Shown here one piece after another: positions 59,921-64,000 of a stretch of DNA of 64,000 nt (positions are counted from its first letter, which is position 1; every line of letters begins with the position of its first letter). The stretch comes from Phoronis australis. Taxonomy: Eukaryota > Animalia > Phoronida. Location of the stretch: positions 563,395-627,394 of the forward strand of contig NMRA01000011.1 in assembly GCA_002633005.1 (NCBI GenBank). Direction: 5' to 3'. The translations under genes and the position numbers were made by a program. A model generated the notes under the pieces. That model saw nothing but the letters and a program-made list of their open reading frames with translations. It searched no databases and had not been told where the DNA came from.

Positions 59921-62900
59921 TATCAAACGTTGAAAATACTTATCTCAGGTGTACACTATTTACATCTTGAAACTAGTTAGATGTGATACATATACCAGTT
60001 AAAGGTTATCGCAAACCTTATTTAGTGGTTTCCATTCTAACAAGTATATCAAAAACAAGGCTTTTTCAACCAGTAAAAGTATATATTTTCTGAAAGAAAA
60101 AAGATCAGGGAATATAAAATATGTTTTATATTTATGTGTTAATATTATTATTATTACGTTAACATGTTTTTAAAGTCAAAGGTACTTTCATAGCAAAATA
60201 ACCCTCGGTCGATTTTAATGATACCTTTTTTAAATGAAAACTTCTCCAGTTACCTCAAGAACGCTGTTAGGAATTTTGGATTAGCCTTTTCATTTGATTT
60301 CTATTACAAATGAACCCGCAAAACGTAAGGCATGTTTGCATAAAATAGAAGTCGTATTTGTTTTTGGTACATCACGCAAAAACTGGGCCTTTATTTCCAA
60401 AATCAAAAGAGGGTTTTTTAAATTGATGAATAAACATTAGTTTTGGAAAGTTTCAGAGAAATCCACCTAGCCGTTTTTGATTTGCCGAAGCGGAAAAAGC
60501 CGATTATATGGCACGACGTGAAAATCTCAAGGCCGAGTGAGGAACTTCGGTTAATTATTAGGTGAAAACATGTTTTTGGCCAATATAACCTATACACCTC
60601 TTAGGCACGTTCATTATTTCAACATTCACACGCACGACATCAGAATTTGCAGGGCATAATTAACTTATTATCACAAAAAAACTTTTCATTTAAACTAAGT
60701 CGATCTTGTCATGGGCGGAGCCTCAGCACATGAATTGGGTCAAGCTGATGTATTGCAGTCCACTTTAAAGTAGGTCAACAGTTCATTGTTAGACACCCGA
60801 GGCGTTGGGAGACTGATACAAAAACCAAGTACAAAATGGTTACAGAAATTGGGTCGGTGGTTAAAGCACGTCGTTAGCATGAGATCAAAAAAGCGAAATG
60901 TCAAATTACCCGAATTATGGAATTCGGGTGAGGATTTATGTCTTTTCACAATTTGCTGTGTTCATGAACACTAAGTCACAGAGCAGTGAGGCGACTCGTA
61001 GCATTCGTTCTCAACGGTCGTATGCATGCAGACACACAACTCTCTCAGGATCAAAGCCACGTTTTGTCTTCGTTTTCCTCGGCATCTTTCTATCATAAGT
61101 ACACGTCGCGTCTCGGTGAATGAAAGGACTGAGGGCACGTACGGAGCTGCTCTGCACCTAGCAGGAGATTCGATTTGAGTGTAACCTTTGACTTCGGATA
61201 AGTAGTAAATAAATTCCCACGCGGTTCAAAGGTGGTTCTTCCAAATCTTTTTTTCTCGCAACACGGTATGTATTTCATATTTGAAGTTCCCCGAGAATAA
61301 AGATAATGTATTTTTCTAGACATATGTAAAATGTTGTAAAAATTTCCAATTTTTATGAATAAGGTTTGAGATATCCTTAAATACGAATTATGCAAAAATA
61401 AAATAAAACAACATCGTCGTGTAAATGTTAGCCGTAAATCCTCAATGGCAAAACCCCCATCTCTGAAAATTCAATACCTGAAACAACCCCCAAACTCTTA
61501 CAATAATGCTGCAAAAACTTCCGGCAATAAACTCTAAATTATTTTAATTTTACTCGTTATACGAAACTCATCTAATGTTTCTCTGTAAGTAATCAATCTC
61601 TTCGTGAATTCGTGTTTTAAAACTTCCAAAGGTAGGAAATACAGTCCAGATCACGACTAACAACGATTAATATAGCACTCGTAATTATACAAACAGTTAT
61701 GTATAGCTAAAATAAGAACAGTTTGATTATACACAATCCATCTTTTCATAATTTCACTCAAAACTGATTTCGTCACGTGCTATTGCACGATTGGTGCTTA
61801 GGGAGAGATAAAAGCTATACAGGGGTTAATCACGCTTGCCGAGTTAGCAGACTTAGCATACAATTTTCAAAGTTACCCCAACGTTTTAAGTGTTGACGAA
61901 GGCTACAGAGCATTATTTTGTAATAAATAGCAAAGTGGATTCGTCGTTATGATAATGATTTATTAATGGAATAAATCGTGTTTTAATGTCCATTTAGAAA
62001 ATTAAAGGGAAAAGGTTCACGTAAGTAAATGCAAAATTGTTGTTTTTTGTTATGTAAATATGTTATCATCTTACTGAATAACGTTATCCACTGTTATTTT
62101 ACGGTATTTAACTTTACTTTAAAGTAATTTCCATTTCATTACACGTCATTCACAGAAATAAAAATTTTGGATTATTAATTTACTTGTAGTAAATCTTGTC
62201 TCCGACTGATTGAGGCGTACACATGCGTCTTAACTAGCAATTTTGATGGCTACTGATTAACTCAATTGACAAATGATTACCGTATCGACGAGTGCGTTTG
62301 CTTTTAAGTGTATAGGCTTTTGTGTGTATAACGTGTTTCCAAATCAAGACTGAGATTGTGTGCAAGCGGACAAGTCAATGTCTGTTTTGATTTGCTGTTT
62401 AGGGCCTATCCACAAGACTGTACACTTAACCAAACCAAATATCTACAAAACTACAGAATTTAGCTAAGTAAAAATAAAAATAAATTCCGTAGAATTTGAT
62501 TTTTGACTTTATACCAATTTGCCATCACCTGGTTTTTAGTAAAAGAGAGGTACATTCTTAGCAAGACAATTAACAGGATCAACAACATGAACAAATTTCG
62601 TATGATATAAATGATCAAGATAAAATCTCTTTCTGAATTATTGTTTGATTTTCGAAAAATCCTATTTTTGATGTCTCTCATGCAAACGTGGAATATTTTA
62701 AAACCCATTTCTAACAGTTTTATGGAGAATAGTGCATAAAGCAGAAAATCTGAAAGTTTCATATGAACCTGATCGGCCATTTTTGATGTTCCGATGTTGG
62801 TCAAAATTGTATTTTTTTCTAGAGTCCTTCATAACCTCAAGGTACACCAGAAAACAATGAACATTGCCGTAAGCAAACTTTATATCAGACAAATTCCTTA

Positions 62901-63077
62901 GGTCGCAGCCCTGACTGTAAACTTGTAGACCGGCAGCCCAGAGCACTTAGCATAGATGAACGAGGTACCAACATCTGACCAGGGGAGCATTTAAAGTCCA
63001 CCTCAGTATGTACAGAAATGGACGTCTGCCGTTGTCTGTACTCTGGGTGTGACCCCTGGGGGCCTTACTAAGAGCCC

Positions 63078-63790
63078 AAAAATGAGCTAGACTAGATATT
63101 CGAGGTACTGTCCATAACTGATTTAAAACGAACAATAGTACCGTACTGAACACCAAATGACCCATGACAGACAAATTGCACTCTGGAATGGGTCCGGCAG
63201 AAACCAAAAAAGGACCCCCCAAAAATGAGCTAGCACATACATTCGAGGTACCACACAAAACCAATTCCGTATGATTCAATACATGTCACAGATCACTAAA
63301 TGCCCTATGACAGACAAATTACACTCTGGATTGTGCCCGGCAGAAACCCCCAAAAAATCTCAACCACGGTATGCCATCAAAATTTGAGCTAGACTACATT
63401 TTCGAAGTACCGGCCAAAACTGAATTAAAACAAACAATAGTACCCGCACTGAACATTGAATGACCCATGGCAGACAAACTGCACTCTGGAATGGGTCCAG
63501 CAGAAACCAAAAAAGACCCCCCAAAAATGAGCTAGCACATACATTCGAGATACCACAAAAAACAATTACATGAGATTCAATACATGTCACAAGTCACTAA
63601 ATGCCCTATGATCTGCAGACAAAATACACTCTGGATTGTGCCTGGCAGAAACCCTCAAAAATCTCAACCACGGTTTGCCATTTTTGAGACAGTTAGATTC
63701 TCAAGGTATCGGCTTAAACTGATTTAAAACCAACAATCGTGCTGCACTAAACACCCAATGACCCGTGAAAGACAAATTTTACTCGTAAAT
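63078..63790. repeat. Tandem satellite of alternating ~145/~158-bp units (~302-bp higher-order period)
   Basis: The anchor aaaatgagctag recurs near 63078, 63222, 63381, 63524 and ~63682; alternate units are more alike. Confidence 0.75.
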
Positions 63791-64000
63791 AGTGGGCTAA
63801 AAACCCAGAAAGGACCTTAAAAATGGAGGTACAATCGTCCATGCAGTTTTCCCCTGCTAGTTCAAGTACTCGGGTGGTAAATCCAAACAACTGGTCAACA
63901 AGATGTTAAAAATTGCACCACGAAAATCGAAGTACACAATTGGTGACAAAAGTGGTGTATTTATTAAGTTAACTGCAAAAAGCGGGACCACAGGAAACAA

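Larger units (their letters stand above)
58331..62268. repeat. 902-bp near-identical duplication 58331-59232 / 61367-62268 (first copy ends at n 59233)
   Basis: I saw only one substitution (ataaaacgtg vs ataaatcgtg). Confidence 0.85.

Overview
AT-rich, repeat-dense animal genomic DNA with spliced genes, from a draft assembly with N gaps. A heterozygous marine invertebrate is my inference; it is not prokaryotic, and most of the ORF track is spurious. I reconstructed four protein-coding genes by hand from splice sites. (1) Alpha-L-fucosidase (GH29), exons 1-3 on the minus strand, running off the left edge. (2) A galactose-3-O-sulfotransferase whose CDS is one uninterrupted ORF (15454-16698, +). 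(3) A 4-exon EGFR/ErbB-like gene (+; 24871-42992) that appears to encode only a signal peptide and one complete L1 domain before a stop. This would be a ~212-aa secreted receptor-L-domain protein and is the most interesting item. (4) A convergent minus-strand gene (48231-~59920) for an unrecognised ~190-aa coiled-coil protein built from two internal repeats, with two candidate alternative first exons. Intergenic and intronic DNA holds a TTAA-flanked Kolobok-like element with a decayed THAP finger and remnants of Academ-like, hAT and Gypsy elements. It also holds several MITEs with 5-bp target-site duplications (one a dimer), foldback hairpins, a tRNA-derived SINE-like head, minisatellites and a two-unit higher-order satellite. 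Six near-identical duplications abut n/N gaps and are probably uncollapsed haplotypes.
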